Shown here: piece after piece, positions 36,931 through 50,163 of the stretch
Layout of the letters: every line of letters starts with the position of its first letter
How positions within the stretch are numbered: the stretch's first letter is position 1
NCBI GenBank assembly: GCA_001179505.1
Contig: CDMY01000404.1
Span: 21,561-85,560, forward strand
DNA length: 64,000 nt
Source of the DNA: Vitrella brassicaformis CCMP3155
Lineage: Eukaryota; Protista; Chromerida
Direction: 5' to 3'
Notes under the pieces: generated by a model
What the model was told of the DNA's origin: nothing
The model's input: the letters and a program-made list of their open reading frames with translations, nothing else
Databases searched by the model: none
Position numbers and translations under genes: made by a program

Positions 36931-39586
36931 TCACGACATGACGATAGCCAGGCGCCCCCACTTCCCCACCCCATTCATCCACTCCGCCACCTCTTCCACC
37001 TCCATCGGCATCGCACCCCCTCCGCCTTCGATGTCCATCATCGCCAGTGTCTCCCGGTGTGCCACCGATTCCGCCCGTGTCTCTCCCGCTAGCCCGCGGA
37101 GGAGACAGAGGTCTCTGCTGATCTCTGTGTCAGACAGGCGGGCCATGGCGGTCTCTATCCGCTCCTCGCGCATGGCGTGCAAGCCGGGCGTCGCCCATGT
37201 GATCGTCTCCTTCTTGTTCTTGTTGTTCTGGCCGTGGCGCTTTTTGACTGTCTTGGCTGCCTTCGCCGCCCTCTCGTTAATCTGCACACGCACCCCGCCC
37301 TCCTGCGTCATGGATGGCCACCACAGGACCTCCTCCGGCAGGCGCGGGAAGGCAGGCATCTTGTCCTTAGAGCTGCCCTTGCTGGCCTCGCTGCGGGTCG
37401 CCGCCTGAGTGGCCTCGTTGGTTGCAAAGTTGGTCGATTTGTGCGGTGCTGGGTTGGGTGTGGGAGAGCGGCCGGAGGTGCTGCGGCCACGCTTGCCGCT
37501 GCGTGTTGCCATGGCGTGTGTCGTGGTTGCTTCGACCGGCTGCTGCTGCTGCTGCTGCTGCGGCTGCTTCTTGGGGTGGGGCTCGGGAATGGGGGGCGGC
37601 GGCGATGACAGGCCGAGCTGCTTGCGATTGCTGCGATTGCGGAAACCAGTTGGAGCCGACAACCGGGGCTGCTCGTCCCTGTTAGATCGGCAAAGACGGA
37701 ATGCCTGAGTGGCTGTGTGCATCATTCCATGTCTTCCTGTGCAGATACCGACCTGGTGGCGGTGTTGTGGGCCGTGTGAGTGTTTGGCAAGGGCATGTGA
37801 ATGGCATGCACTGTGCCTTTCCTGAGTCCTTTAGCAAGAGATCTCTTCTTGTTGCGTCTAAACCGAGATGACGAAGGCCAGAAAGACACTCATTCACCCT
37901 GACTGGTGCTTGCACATGCGTGTGTGTCTCGGCCTACCCTTTTTCGATGGCCTCGGGCGGAGGGGGCGGCGGCGATGACAGCAGATGCCGACAGCCAACA
38001 GGCGCACCGATGGCCGACGACGACACACCGGGCTGCTCATCGCTGCGCGGTGGAAACGATGGGCAATGAATGACAGAATGCATCGCTGGCTGTGTGGATG
38101 TAAGCATCTTTGTGAAAATGCCCACCTGATCGTGGTCTTGTGTGGCGCTTCGGTCTTCGGCAGGGTCATGTTGATGGCCCGCACCGTGCCGTCCTTGAGT
38201 GCCCTGGCCAGAGACGCCTTTCTCTTGCGTCTAGAGAAGAAGGACACCATGTATTCCGTGCTGATTGATCTGTGTGGGTGTCCACGTTTATACCCCTGAT
38301 CGAACTTCATGCCGCCATTGGCCTCCTCAGCCACTGGAAAGGGTGGCTGCTCGCGACAAGCCAGCTCCTTGACCACATAGTCCCCCGGTCGTTTCTCGCT
38401 ACCATGGCCGACGGGTGGGAGCGGAATCCCATCCGGTGCGGCGAGGCGGCTCCACTTCTCGGTGTCGTCATTGTCGCACTTGTGTGCTGGCGATTTGCTG
38501 TCGGGGCTGCGGGGCTGTTTGCGGGGCGAGGCGGGTGGGGGCGTGACGGGCTGGGGAGCCTCATTGACACCCAGTGACGCACACCTGAAGGCAAACAGAC
38601 AGACAGCACAGGGACAGACCCAGAGACACATGGGTGGAAGCATCTATCGATTATGTATGTCTTTCTGTGCCCGTGTCTCTTTCCTCCTTACTTGTTCAGA
38701 TTCGGTTGCCCGTATCCCGCATCCCCACTCACAGCCATGTCTTTCAGGCCAACCACACCACGCAGACTTTCCCCCTCGCCGGCGAAGGAGGCCTCCAGAG
38801 CCATGATAGTCTCTGACAGCCCGGCGGCCCTACCGTTGTTCGTCTTCTTGGGCACAACAGGCTCTGCGATGTTCGACTCAGCAGTACCGCCGATGGGTCT
38901 CTTGGCCATGGTGCGACCCGGTCGAGTCCTGAACCGGCAGGCATCATATTGAAGTATGTTAGTGTATCCGTGTTTTGCCTTGGTCGTCTCTGTGTATGTG
39001 CCTACCTTTGGATGGTTTGCTCGTCCACCAGCGGCATGCCCTTCTCCAACTCAAACGGTGGCACCAGCCTGACGTACACCCACAGATGCAGCAGGGAACG
39101 AAATTCTTTGTCAAGCGTGCCATACGCTGATCGATGTATCTTGTTTGTAATGCACGTGTCTCTGTCCCGCTCTCTCCCTGACTCTCTATTTGTATAATCC
39201 TTTATTTCTCTCCTTTTCTCTCTGCATGTTGCTTACATGGTCACCCTCGGTCCACCAACTTCCTTGCCCGACACACTCTCGTTGTCCTTGGCCATCCCCT
39301 TCATCCCCACATCCGCCCCCTCACCCAGCCCCTTCGCCCCCGTCCTGCCCTTGTGGTTCTTCTTGTCCTTTGCAGTGGCGCCTTGGGCCTCCGTCTTCGC
39401 GACGGTGGAGGCGCGCAGGGTCATCGTGTGCCTCCGCTGCGGCTCATCGGCAGCCTGAACGAACAAGCGAACGCAACACGATGGCAGGGATGCACTTGGG
39501 CATTGCAGACGGCCTTGAGCTTCGCATGCATAGCCATTCCTGACGGCGCTCACCTTGTTGGAGGCCCTGGTGCCCTTCTTGCCCAT
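36931..39586 (-). CDS. Basic low-complexity hypothetical protein with an internal duplication (multi-exon)
   Basis: Consistent GT-AG chain MGKKGTRASNK|AADEPQ..|LVPPFELEK..|TRPGRTMAKRP..|CASLGVNEAP..|..DEQP.., ending LAIVMS*. Confidence 0.6.
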
Positions 39587-40047
39587 CCTCTGCTTCCCGT
39601 GCCGACAACCGACAAGGAAAGTAAACCGACAAAACTCGATTTATCTACCGTAGCGGCGCTCTGAGACTCAGATGCAGAAACAACAGACGACAGTCTGAGA
39701 CGCCCCCACGCGAGCTAGAAAGCGATCGTCGAGCGACATTCGTTTCCAGATAGACCACGAGCTGAATTGGCAAATGACGCCTGGTCGAGGTGCATCTGTG
39801 CATCTGGCTGGACCGTTCTTCTTCTCTTCTGTCCAGCGGCAATTTCGACGCCTTCGGCTCGTCAGCAGCATATCAGTGCGCAACAGGACGGAAGGGACGT
39901 CTGTGGAAAGATCCGGCGGCTGATTTGATAGAAGGTGAGCAACCAAGCGATGCGAACCTGCATCAGGATTTGGACGTTCCATTGCTGTGTCGGTTTGCTC
40001 GGGTGTGTGTATGCAGCGTGCTGACACGTGTCCCCGCTGTGAGCTAG

Positions 40048-40623
40048 ATGAGAAGGATGTTCGTCCGTCGCTTGCTGCCTGTCGTCCGGCCAGGGCGTAT
40101 CTTCGAGCCACCCTCCAGCACTTTCAACACCTTCCATCGCCGCCATGTGAGCACCAGCCATAAGGCTTCTTCCACCGAGGAGTTCCAGAAGGTCAAGGAC
40201 AACGGTCGCCGCTCACAAGAGGACGCTCGGACGGACCATGAGAGACGTATCAGGGCACTGGAGGAGCAGCTGAGGGAAACGCGCGAGTCCCTGGATCAGC
40301 TGAAGCGCCAGAAGACTCGTCCGGCAGCCTCCATCATCATCAGCAGCAGTGGCAGCAGCAGCACGAGCGACAGTCAGCCTCCCGAGATGCCCACTCGAAC
40401 GCCTCCCTATACCCTCAGCGAGAGCATTCTCTATGCATCCGACAAGCTGTTCGAGGCGATGGGTCTCGAGGACTGGAGGGTGTTCACCGTGCTCGCCATC
40501 GTCGGTGGCGGCCTGACCTGGCTGGCCATTGCAAGAAGGAAAAGGTATCACACGAACAAGGTCAAGAGGGAGATTGAGGAGTACAGGGAGAGTTTGGGGC
40601 TGAGCCGCACCCGCAGCGATTGA
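40048..40623 (+). CDS. Single-exon protein with mitochondrial-type leader, coiled coil and one C-terminal TM helix
   Basis: MRRMFVRRLLPVVRPGR leader; ERRIRALEEQLRETRESLDQLKRQ coiled coil; VFTVLAIVGGGLTWLAIA followed by RRKR. Confidence 0.7.
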   Translation: MRRMFVRRLLPVVRPGRIFEPPSSTFNTFHRRHVSTSHKASSTEEFQKVKDNGRRSQEDARTDHERRIRALEEQLRETRESLDQLKRQKTRPAASIIISSSGSSSTSDSQPPEMPTRTPPYTLSESILYASDKLFEAMGLEDWRVFTVLAIVGGGLTWLAIARRKRYHTNKVKREIEEYRESLGLSRTRSD

Positions 40624-41439
40624 TAACGAGCAAGGGAGTCGAGTACGAATGGTAAGACGGCAGACAGAGAAAGAGAGTCAGGAGGGAGTTCCGTGTGTGT
40701 GTCGTATGTGCAGGGGTGGGTGGATGTCTTTGTGTGCAAACGAATGAGCAAGACAACTCTTCGTCCCTCACGCCCGCAGTTGGGAACAGCGAGTGGCGTG
40801 ATCACTCAATCACTCCCTGTCTGCATCGAGTGGAGGTATGTCGACTGAGTGACAGTCTGATGAGTGACGCGTTTTGTCTTGTTCGTGTTTGTGTGTTGTT
40901 CTTGTAGAGCGACAGAAGTGAAGACTTGTGTAGATTTTTTGGTGTCTCTTTCTCTCTCTGAACGCGTCGTGGGTGCTGTCTGTGATGACTTCCATGAATG
41001 AATGGGTGGACAGCAATGCGATGCATCGATTTGCGCGCCGGTCTCTTGCTTGCTATTGCTCCTTCATATGGAAGCATCCAACTTGAAGGGGGACAAAGCA
41101 CACACACACACACACGTCGGTCAGACGCGTCAATCATCAGACGCATGTCGATCGACCATCCAATCGATACACTGCCGACGCAGCCAATCATACATACCAT
41201 CGTCAGCCACACGATCGACATGGCCCGGCCCAGCCCGGCCATGAATGTGTGCATCACAAACTCATGCAGACGAGACGGGCAACCAACACTCATGGGTGAA
41301 TGGCTTAGACGTGTCTGTATACATATGTATAAGTGTATGTGTGTACGTTACCTAGGTATATACCTATGTATGTACATAGGTGTGTACAGAAGACATACGA
41401 ATACTTTTGTACGTCCGCAAGAGGGGAGAAGGCGAGGTG

Positions 41440-42213
41440 AGATTCAATCCCACCCCACCCACCACATGCAGGTCACACGACTACCACGCACCACATATAC
41501 ATACATTCACAGTATAGATGCATTCCGGGTAAGTACATGACAGCATTCAGCAGAAACGCCTCAGTGGCAGGCAGCTAGGGGCTCAACAAGATGTGAATGC
41601 AGGACGACACGCACAGAACCACCAGCCACCGCCCACCCACAGGCATCAATCAACCGCCGTGCACTCACAAGAAGGCAAAAATGACTGACCGCATGGGAAC
41701 AGCCGGTCTGTCTGTCTGTCTGTCTGGTGTGATGACATGTGTGTGGGTGTGGATGGGCAACGAGTGTGAAACACACACGGCCGTGTCTGTATGTATGTGG
41801 GTATGTGTGTGTGGATCAACGAATTCGTCACGGATGGATGGATGGATGGATGAACGGACATACACCGAGTGTGGTCCATCGGTCGGCCTGTCTGCGGGCA
41901 CACACACACATAGGGATGGCGAGAGAGAGAGAGGCAAAACAGACAGCCAGACAGACAGACAGACAAACACGGCAGCCAGCCACTGATCAATGCACACACA
42001 CATATGGACTACTCCGCGTATTGACAGGCAGATAGACAGAGACTGACTGTCTGCATCATTGAAGCCGTCTATGCGGCCGGCAGTGCCCCTCCCACTGTCA
42101 CCACCACCGCCCAACCTGACACACATGGAAAGACAGACAGCATTCCCTTCGTCGTGTGTGTACGCATCTTCTGCTCGTGTCAGGCGTGTTTGATGCATAC
42201 ATACCTCAGCTGT
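41440..42213. repeat. Non-coding 3' flank module of the tandem family; other copies at ~43380-44062, ~47360-48157 and ~54060-54477
   Basis: Shared blocks include cagtggcaggcagctaggggctcaacaagatgtgaatgcaggacgacac (41.56 and 47.50 kb) and tctatgcggccggcagtgcccctcccactgtcaccaccaccgccc. Confidence 0.85.
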
Positions 42214-42806
42214 CTATTGGTCGAAGAGGATGGCTGAGATGACGGCCCCCAGCACCACACGCGCCAGCCGATAAGTCACTGGGAAGCGGTCCTTGAAGAC
42301 ACCGCCTTCGTCAGACACAGCCGACTCGGTCGTCTTGACCCACACATGCACTGCAAACAAATAAAAGGGGAGCACATTTCCTTTCCCTTGCTGTGCCGTA
42401 CTGGGCTGGGCTGACCGTTGTTGTTAATGTAGGGGCTCTCCATGATGAGAATCCATGCCACGAACGATTGGCGCTGGGCATCGGTCAGGACGAGGCGACG
42501 CCGAGGGAGGCCGCCAGTGAAGCGGGCTGATGTCGTGGTAGTGCATCCCTCTACTGGTGTGTGGGGGGACTGTGTCAGCAGGTTGAGCAGCCGGTTGTTG
42601 TCGACATGCCTGACGGATCAACACTACACACACTCATGTGTCATGACAATGCCCACACAGAGTAATGCCCCGCCTCACCTGTCGATATCACGGCCAGTGC
42701 TGTTGATCTGGTGAGTCCACCTGAAGTGGCTGAGGATGATCGTCTTGATAGACGACGACACAGACGAGCAGTCGTAAGGAAAGGTTAGCACCACCCTTGT
42801 CAGACA
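42214..42806 (-). pseudogene. Tandem family copy A; 5'-truncated, only the last three exons present
   Basis: Exons ..HFRWTHQINSTGRDIDR|HVDNNRLLNLLTQSPHTPVEGCTT..|..FKDRFPVTYRLARVVLGAVISAILFDQ*. Upstream sequence is non-coding flank. Confidence 0.75.
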
Positions 42807-44062
42807 CTGATGCAGAGAAAGAAAGAAAGAGAGAGAGAGGGAGGGACGGAGGGAGGGAGAGGAAAGCAAAGCATCGTCAGCGAGAACACCGAGATGGCCC
42901 ACCATATATACTTAAAGAGGGAGGCCATGGACGGATGTATATATGTGTACGAATATGTACTGTACATATATGTATAGAGGTGTATAGAGGTGTATACAGA
43001 TGACATACAAATGCGTACACACATACAGAGAGAGAGGGGGCCGACATGAGACAAGGCAGCAGAGATCGACCGACCGAGAGCACATACGACCACCCCACCT
43101 CATGCAGCGGACAGAACATGTCGACACGAGACACACCGCCACCGGTGGGCTGTGTCCTCACACAGATCTGGAGCACATACGATCTTCTGGCTTCTCTGAA
43201 TGTCACCCATCACACCGCCACCGCGACACCACATGTATCCGCACAGCATCAGCAAGGAGGATTGGACCGCATCGCTACAGTGTCCATTCGGATGGCAATG
43301 AGAGCGGTCAGCAAAACGCCTCGGCGACCGAGTGGAATGCATTGGGTCACACAAACCACATGATATCAGGACGACTCAGAGAGAGAAAGGAAAGTAACCC
43401 GACCCACCAGCCCATCACCACCCACACGCATCAATCAACCGCCGTGGACCAACAAGAAGGCAAAAATGACTGACTGCATGGGAACAGCCTGTCTGTCTGT
43501 CTGTCTGTCTGGTGTGATGGTGTGGGTGGGCAGCGGGTGTGAAACACATACCGCTGTGTCTGTGTTTTATGTGTGTGTGTGGAGCAACGAATGCGTCACA
43601 CATGGATGGATGGATGGACAAACACAGAGTGTGGTGGACCGTTCAGCCTGTCTGTGTGTACACACACACGAGAGACATATATCAGCCGTCAGCCATCACG
43701 TGCAACAAACACAACAGAAGCACCGACCGCGCAGCCGATCGATTCAGTCATTCATTCAGTCAGTCAGTCAGTCAGTCAGAGGGCGAGGGAGAGGTAAAAC
43801 AGACAGACAGACAGACATGGCAGCCAGCCACTGATAAATGCACACACGCATATCGAGTGGCAGATGGACAGAGACTGACCAGTCGGAAAACCCAACGTGC
43901 ACCATTGCAGCCATCTATGCGGCCGGCAGTGCCCCTCCCACTGTCACCACCACCGCCCAGCCTGACACACACATGGAAAGACAGACACCATTTTTAACTT
44001 CTCGTCGTGTGTGAGCGCATCTTCTGCTCGTGTCAGGCGTGTTTGGTGCACACCTCAGCTGT

Positions 44063-46857
44063 CTATTGGCCGAAGATCATGGCTGAGATGACGGGCCCCA
44101 GCATTACACGCGCCAGCCGATAAGTCACTGGGAAGCGGTCTTTGAAGGCACCGCCCTGGTCAGGCACAGCCGACTCGGTGGTGGAGACCGACACCCTCAC
44201 TGCAAACGAATAACAGCAGAGGACAGAAATGAGAGTGGCACCGCATTTCCTCCCCCTCGCTGTGCCGTGCTGGGCTGACCATTGTTAGTATTGGGATTGA
44301 GGCTCTCCTCGACGGTGATCCACGCGACGAACGAGTGGCTGGCGTCGGTCAACACGAGACGACGAGAAGCAATGCCGCCAAAGCGGTATGATGTTGTTGT
44401 GGTGTATCCCTCCACTGGTCTGTGAGGGGACTGTGTCAGGATGGTGTCCAGCCGGCCGTTGTCGGCATACCTGACCAATCAAGACACACACATCCATTAG
44501 TCACTCGTGTGTTGTTGCAATGCTCACACACAGTGATGCCCGGCCTCACCTGTCGATCATACGGCTACGGTCAGTGAAGTTGATCTGGTGAGTCCACAGG
44601 AAGTGGCTGAGGACGATACTCTTGACGAACGAGGATACTGACGAGTGGTCCTAAGCGCCCCAACTCAGCGACCGCCAGCCCGCGGACGGATGATAGTCGA
44701 TGTTCTTGCGGACGGGCGGGTCATGCAGCTGTCGGTGCTGCTGGTAGGGGTGGTGGGGAGGGAGGGGCGGGTTGATGGTGACCTCGAAGCCGTCCTCATC
44801 CTTGACGGCCCGCAGTGTGTCGACGGCCCACAGTGTGTCGCCGTGGTGGAACAGCTGGAAGGTCACGCTGTTGCCGAAGTCGATGTGGGGGCCGACCATC
44901 TTGAGCTGAGCCAACACACGGGGAGCGGCCAAATACGCCTGCACACACAACACATCAACACATTGACGACACACCGATTGAGAGCCATCCTTTTTCCCTG
45001 CCTCCCTCCCTCGGTGGGCTTACCGTCTTGTTTGGGTATTGGTGCAGATCGCCCGCAGTGAGCCTCACAGGCAGCTGGCAGTTGCCGCACTGCCCCGCCA
45101 GCTCAACCGCCTCGCTCATCTCACTCCAGCCGCCCGCCTCCGTCACACACAGCGCCGCCAGCAGGTCACCCACATCCATCTGCTGGTTGTCGAAGGTCAG
45201 CAGCTGCTGTCCGTTGCACGTCCGCCGCAGCCCCGCCTGTATGCTGAGCTGATCGTCTGTTGTCCATTGGGTGAGCAGATGCCGCAGCTGAGGCGCTTCG
45301 AAGAGGCCTCTGGCCCATTTGCAGGTCTTCCTTAGATGCAGCACATCCCGCAGCGGAAAATCGCTGCCGCGGTGGGCGCAGACGTACCACAAGGGGTGCT
45401 GCTGCTGCTGCTGGGTGTGCTGCATGGGGGCTGCCGACAGTGAGCTGCCGCCCCCCTGTTGCTGCTGTGCCCCTGCCGCAGCACCACCCGCACCAATCGA
45501 GCCACCTGAAGGCACCACACAGCACAGGACGGTCATCACGATATGCAGTCCACCAACAGCAGCCGATGCTTTCCGCACCTCCGCTGTGCCCACCACCAGC
45601 AGCAGCAAGGCTGAGGTCTACGCGTCTACCCTTCTTGGCGCCGCCGTCATCAGCAGGCACCTGACCAGCAAATGACCCAGATACATGAGCTCCTGTGGGT
45701 GTGGGTGTGGATTTGTGCGTACCGCTCTGCCCTGCTGTGCATTGTTGTCGGTCTCGTTCGGTCCCACAGCACCGCCCGCCCCCCACTGGTGAGCTTCGCT
45801 GTCAGCAGCCATGCGCTGAGACGGACACACACAAGAAAGGGAGTGACCGGCCTGTGTGTGCCACTCAGTCACTGGTCATTCCATCCATTCTCACATGTGT
45901 GTTGCAGTCAGTGGTGATCTGCGCCAGCTGCCTGCCGAGGGCCGAGTGGGTATCGCTGAGAGTCTCCAGAACGGTCGACAGGCTGCCGTCCACCATCTCA
46001 GCATCCTGCAACAAAGGCAGAAAGACGGGCTGACCAGTGAGTGAGTGCAGCAGCTCGGCCGTGCGGTCTCTGACGACCTGTTCGTTGTCGGTGTGTGTGG
46101 CTATCATCTGCTCGGCCAGATCAACACCAGACAGAAACTTAGAGGCTTCCTGAAAGCCAAAAGCAGCGCAGCAATGTCGGTGTGGAGCCCTCCCCTTCTC
46201 CCTCCCCACCTCACCGAGCGCAACTCGCGGATCTTCTGCAGAAGGTCACCACCGCTACTACCGCCACTCCCACCTGTGTGTCACATTCCCGCCAGGCAAT
46301 GAACGACACACAAACGGGTCGCCCACGTCCATCAGTCAATTGTGTGGTTACACTGCATGTGCTGTCCATCCATTCACCGCTCACCTCTGGCGGACGGCGC
46401 CGGGCCGTCACCGTCATTGTCTGTGTCCATCGGGAGAACACGCTCACCCATCTGCACCCACCGAAGAGCCAACAACACACACAAGGAAATGCGGTGAGCG
46501 CACCAACAAACCCTCTGTGATGATGGTCCGTGTGTATCTTGTGCTCTGAGTTCGCAGGGCAGCTTACTGCTTGAATTTCGGCGGCAGCCTCCCAGCTGGC
46601 ACCGACGAGTCATCAATGGGCTGGCTGGCCCGCCACAACTGCAAAACCTCTCACTCACGCCGTCATCAAATCTGACACGGAGGCCACACACACGGGTGTT
46701 CATGAAGGGCCGGGAGGGCATGTGCTGTTTGTTTGTTGTTGTTTCCTCGCCTGATGTGCCTGCCTGCCCTTCTGACTGCACCCACCCAGTGCTTTGTCAC
46801 TGAGTGTTCTATTGCTGGCCGCTGATGGACTTCAGTGCATATGCCTACCGATGACAA
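44063..46857 (-). pseudogene. Tandem family copy B (F-box-like segment); in-frame TAG at 44651-44653
   Basis: Exons homologous to copy D. GCT TAG GAC here corresponds to CCT TAC GAC in copies A and D. Extra 5' exons lie at 45.9-46.9 kb and the start codon is uncertain. Confidence 0.7.
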
Positions 46858-46923
46858 TATATGGCAGGAGGATGCTGTGAGGGAGGCATCACAGACTCAT
46901 AGCTAATGGGAGCAACATCTCAA

Positions 46924-46954
46924 AGGGTTTGTGGGGTTGCAGGGTATGAAACCC
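46924..46954 (-). promoter_or_regulatory. Telo-box-like 31-bp arm upstream of copy B
   Basis: AGGGTTTGTGGGGTTGCAGGGTATGAAACCC differs by one base from 56002-56032. Confidence 0.7.
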
Positions 46955-48157
46955 AGACAACCATGGCTACACACATGCGCCAGACATCGCCTCTCGGTCT
47001 CTGTTGTCTGTCCTCTCGTCCAATCATCATGAGACACACAAACACAAACACAAACACAAACACAAACACAAACACAAACACGCAGAGAGAGAGAGAGGCA
47101 TCAGCTGCATCAACTCACCCAGAAGAAAGCAAAACCCAATTAAACCCTCGATGTATTGCCGATCCAGCCATTTATGTCATGCAGAGAGAGAGAGGGGGGC
47201 CATGGCCATGGCCATGGGTGCATGGCATGGCATGGCATGGCATGGATGTGCGTATGTACACCGTATGAGTGTGTGTGTACAGACATACAAATAAGCATAC
47301 AAGACATACAGAAATCGACAGACTGACAGACAGGGCAGCAGAGATGGACCACAGGCGCATGTGAATCCCACCCCACCCACCTCATGCAGGTCATACCGCT
47401 ACCATACACCACATACATTCACAGCATGAGTTTGGAGCACATCGCTACAGTATATATGTATCCGTTGTAAGTACATTGAGCACATTCAGCAAAAACGCCT
47501 TAGTGGCAGGCAGCTAGGGGCTCAACAAGATGTGAATGCAGGACGACACACAGAGGACCACCACCCACCACCCACCCACACGCATCAATCAACCGCCGTG
47601 CACCCAGAAGGAGGCAAAAATGACTGACTGCATGGGAACAGCCGGTCTGTCTGTCTCTCTCTCTGTCTGGTGTGATGACATGTGTGTGTGTGTGGATGTG
47701 CAGCGAGTGTCAAACACACACCGCCGTGTCTGTGTGTATGTCTGGATGTGTGCATGAAGCAATGAATGCGTCACGGATGGATGGATGGATAGAATGTGGT
47801 GCACCACGTGCAGCAAACACAAGCAAAAGCACCGACCGCCCAGCCCATCGGTGCAGTCAGTCAGTCAGTCAGTCAGATGGCGAGGGAGAGGCAAAACAGA
47901 CAGACAGACAGACAGAGATGGCAGCCAGCCACTGATAAATGTATACATATGTATAGAGTGGCGTATTCACCGAAACCCCTTGCGCACACACCATTGAAGC
48001 CATCTATGCGGCCGGCAGTGCCCCCCCAATCTCAACAACGCCGCCTACCCTGACACACACCTGAAAGACAGAAAGCACGGTCAGACACCATTGTGTTCGT
48101 CGTGTGTGTGCACATCTTCAGCTCATGTCAGTCATGTTTGCTGCATACCTCAGCTGT

Positions 48158-49476
48158 CTATCGGTCGAAGAGGATGGCTGAGATGACGGCCCCCAGCACC
48201 ACACGCGCCAGCCGAGTGGTCTCCGGGAAGCGCTCCTTGAAGGCATCACCCACACCAGACACAGCCGCCGACTCGGTCGTCATGACCAACACACACACTG
48301 CAAAGGAATTACAGGAGAGCACAGCGAATGAGAGTAAGTGTTGTGTGCGTGTGTGTGATTTTTACCCTCCCTCCCCCTTGCTGACCGCTGTCGATGTAGA
48401 TCCACGCGACGAAGGGATGGCCGGTGCCCGTCAGGACGAGGTGACGTCAAGCAAAGCCGTGAGTGAAGCGGGCTGATGTGGTGGTGGTGCATCCCTCCAC
48501 TGGTGTGTGGGGGGACTGCGTCAGCAGGTTGAGCAGCCGGTTGTCGTCAACATACCTGACACACACACATTCATCAGTCACTCGTGTGCCGTGACAGCGT
48601 TCACACAGAGTGATGCCCGGCCTCACCTGTCGATCACACGGCTACGGTCAGTGAAGTTGATCTGGTGAGTCCACCTGAAGTGGCCGATGATGATGCTCTT
48701 CACACACGACGACACATATGAGGAGACCCGAATAAACTGCAGCCAGCCCGCAGACCGTGAATAGTCGATCCTGCTGCGGACGGGCGGGTCGTGCGGCTGT
48801 CGGTGCTGCTGGTAGGGGTGGTTGGGAGGGAGGGGCGGGTCGATGGTCAGCTCGAAGCCGTCCTGGTCCTTGATGGCCCGCAGCGTGGTGCCGTGGTGGA
48901 ACAGCTAGAAGGTCACGCCGTTGCCGAAGTCGATGTGGGGGCCGACCATCTTGAGCTAAGCCAACACACGGGGAGCGGCCAAATACGCCTACACGACCAC
49001 ACACGCACAGAGAAGAATGAATGAGGCCCTCTCTGTGCCCTCCCGCCCCTGTATGTGCGTCTCACCGTCTTATTGGCGTGTCTGTCGATGTCGTCAGCAG
49101 TCAGCCGCACCGGCAGGGTGCACCGGCCGCACTGCGCCGCCAGCCGCAGTATGTCGGCGACCTCGTCCCACGTCTGCTCCAGCAAGTAGGTCACCCTGAA
49201 GGCACTCTCGAGGTCACTGATGGTGAAGGATAGGACGTCTTGCAGGCCGAGACGGACCAGCGCCTTCTCTATGTGCTGCTGGACGAGCTCGAGCATCGTG
49301 TCCCCTTCAGCGGAAGGGAACTTGCTGATCTGTGCTGTGAGTGCCGCTTGCTTCGAGTCATCATCCGACATGGCCATGTGGGCGGCCTTCTTGATGGTGG
49401 CTGCCTGCAGGGAGGGGACGGGGGAAGGGCTAGGGGGCCGGCGAGGGATGGGCTGCTGAATGGGCTGGGACGCCAT
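48158..49476 (-). pseudogene. Tandem family copy C; three in-frame stops and a divergent N-terminal exon
   Basis: TAG at 48956-48958 (VLA*LKM), TAG at 48905-48907 (VTF*LFH) and TGA at 48447-48449. Copies B and D have CAG, CAG and TCT at these positions. Confidence 0.85.
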
Positions 49477-49952
49477 CGATCGGTGAGTGGCCTACATGAC
49501 ACACACACAGACACAGAGGCATGCGCACGATGCCATACAGCACACCGTGTGCGTGTGTCTGGCTTTCTCGGTTCCTTACGTGAGGGCGATGAATCGGCAG
49601 CCCTCCCTTGTGCAGCAAGTGCGGTGCGATGGGACAGCTTAAACAACACCGAATCCCCTCCTGCAGACATCACACGCATTTCGAAAACGCATGCACACAT
49701 CGAAAGATGAGCCCGCCACATGTCCACCGCTTCTTGGCTCACCTGGTGTCAGTCAGTGATGGCCCGGAGCGATAAGCCAACACGGAACACTGCCGTCAGC
49801 GACACGCACAACGAGATCTGCAACCAGTCGTGACATGGAGGAGATCTCGGTCGACACAAACAAGGAGGCTGCCTTCATTTTGTAACATCCTCACCTAATG
49901 AAATGCTTCAACACTCCAACACACCTGCAAGCTTCAGCTCGCAGCGTTCAAC

Positions 49953-49984
49953 TTGCAGGGTATGAAACCCAGAGGAATGTTCCT
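49953..49984 (-). repeat. Partial left arm plus start of spacer of the inverted-repeat element
   Basis: TTGCAGGGTATGAAACCCAGAGGAATGTTCCT versus TTGCAGGGTATGAAACCCAGAAGAGTGTTCCT at 56014-56046. Confidence 0.8.
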
Positions 49985-50163
49985 TTGAGCCTCATCCCCG
50001 TCGTGTGGATTCATTCATTCATCCATTCAATCGATCGTCCATTGCCCGTCAAATCCCAATATATATACAGACAAAGAAATCAATGCATGCGCACGTTCTG
50101 CACAGGCCGACAGCAGATGCTACACTTACACACGGCGGGGATCTGTCGAGGTGCGTCTAGGCA

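Noticed and set aside
48905-48958. TAG reassigned to Gln, as in ciliate codes
   Set aside because: Paralogs have CAG at these sites, and several genes in the window end in TAG (e.g. 1013, 11756, 54478).
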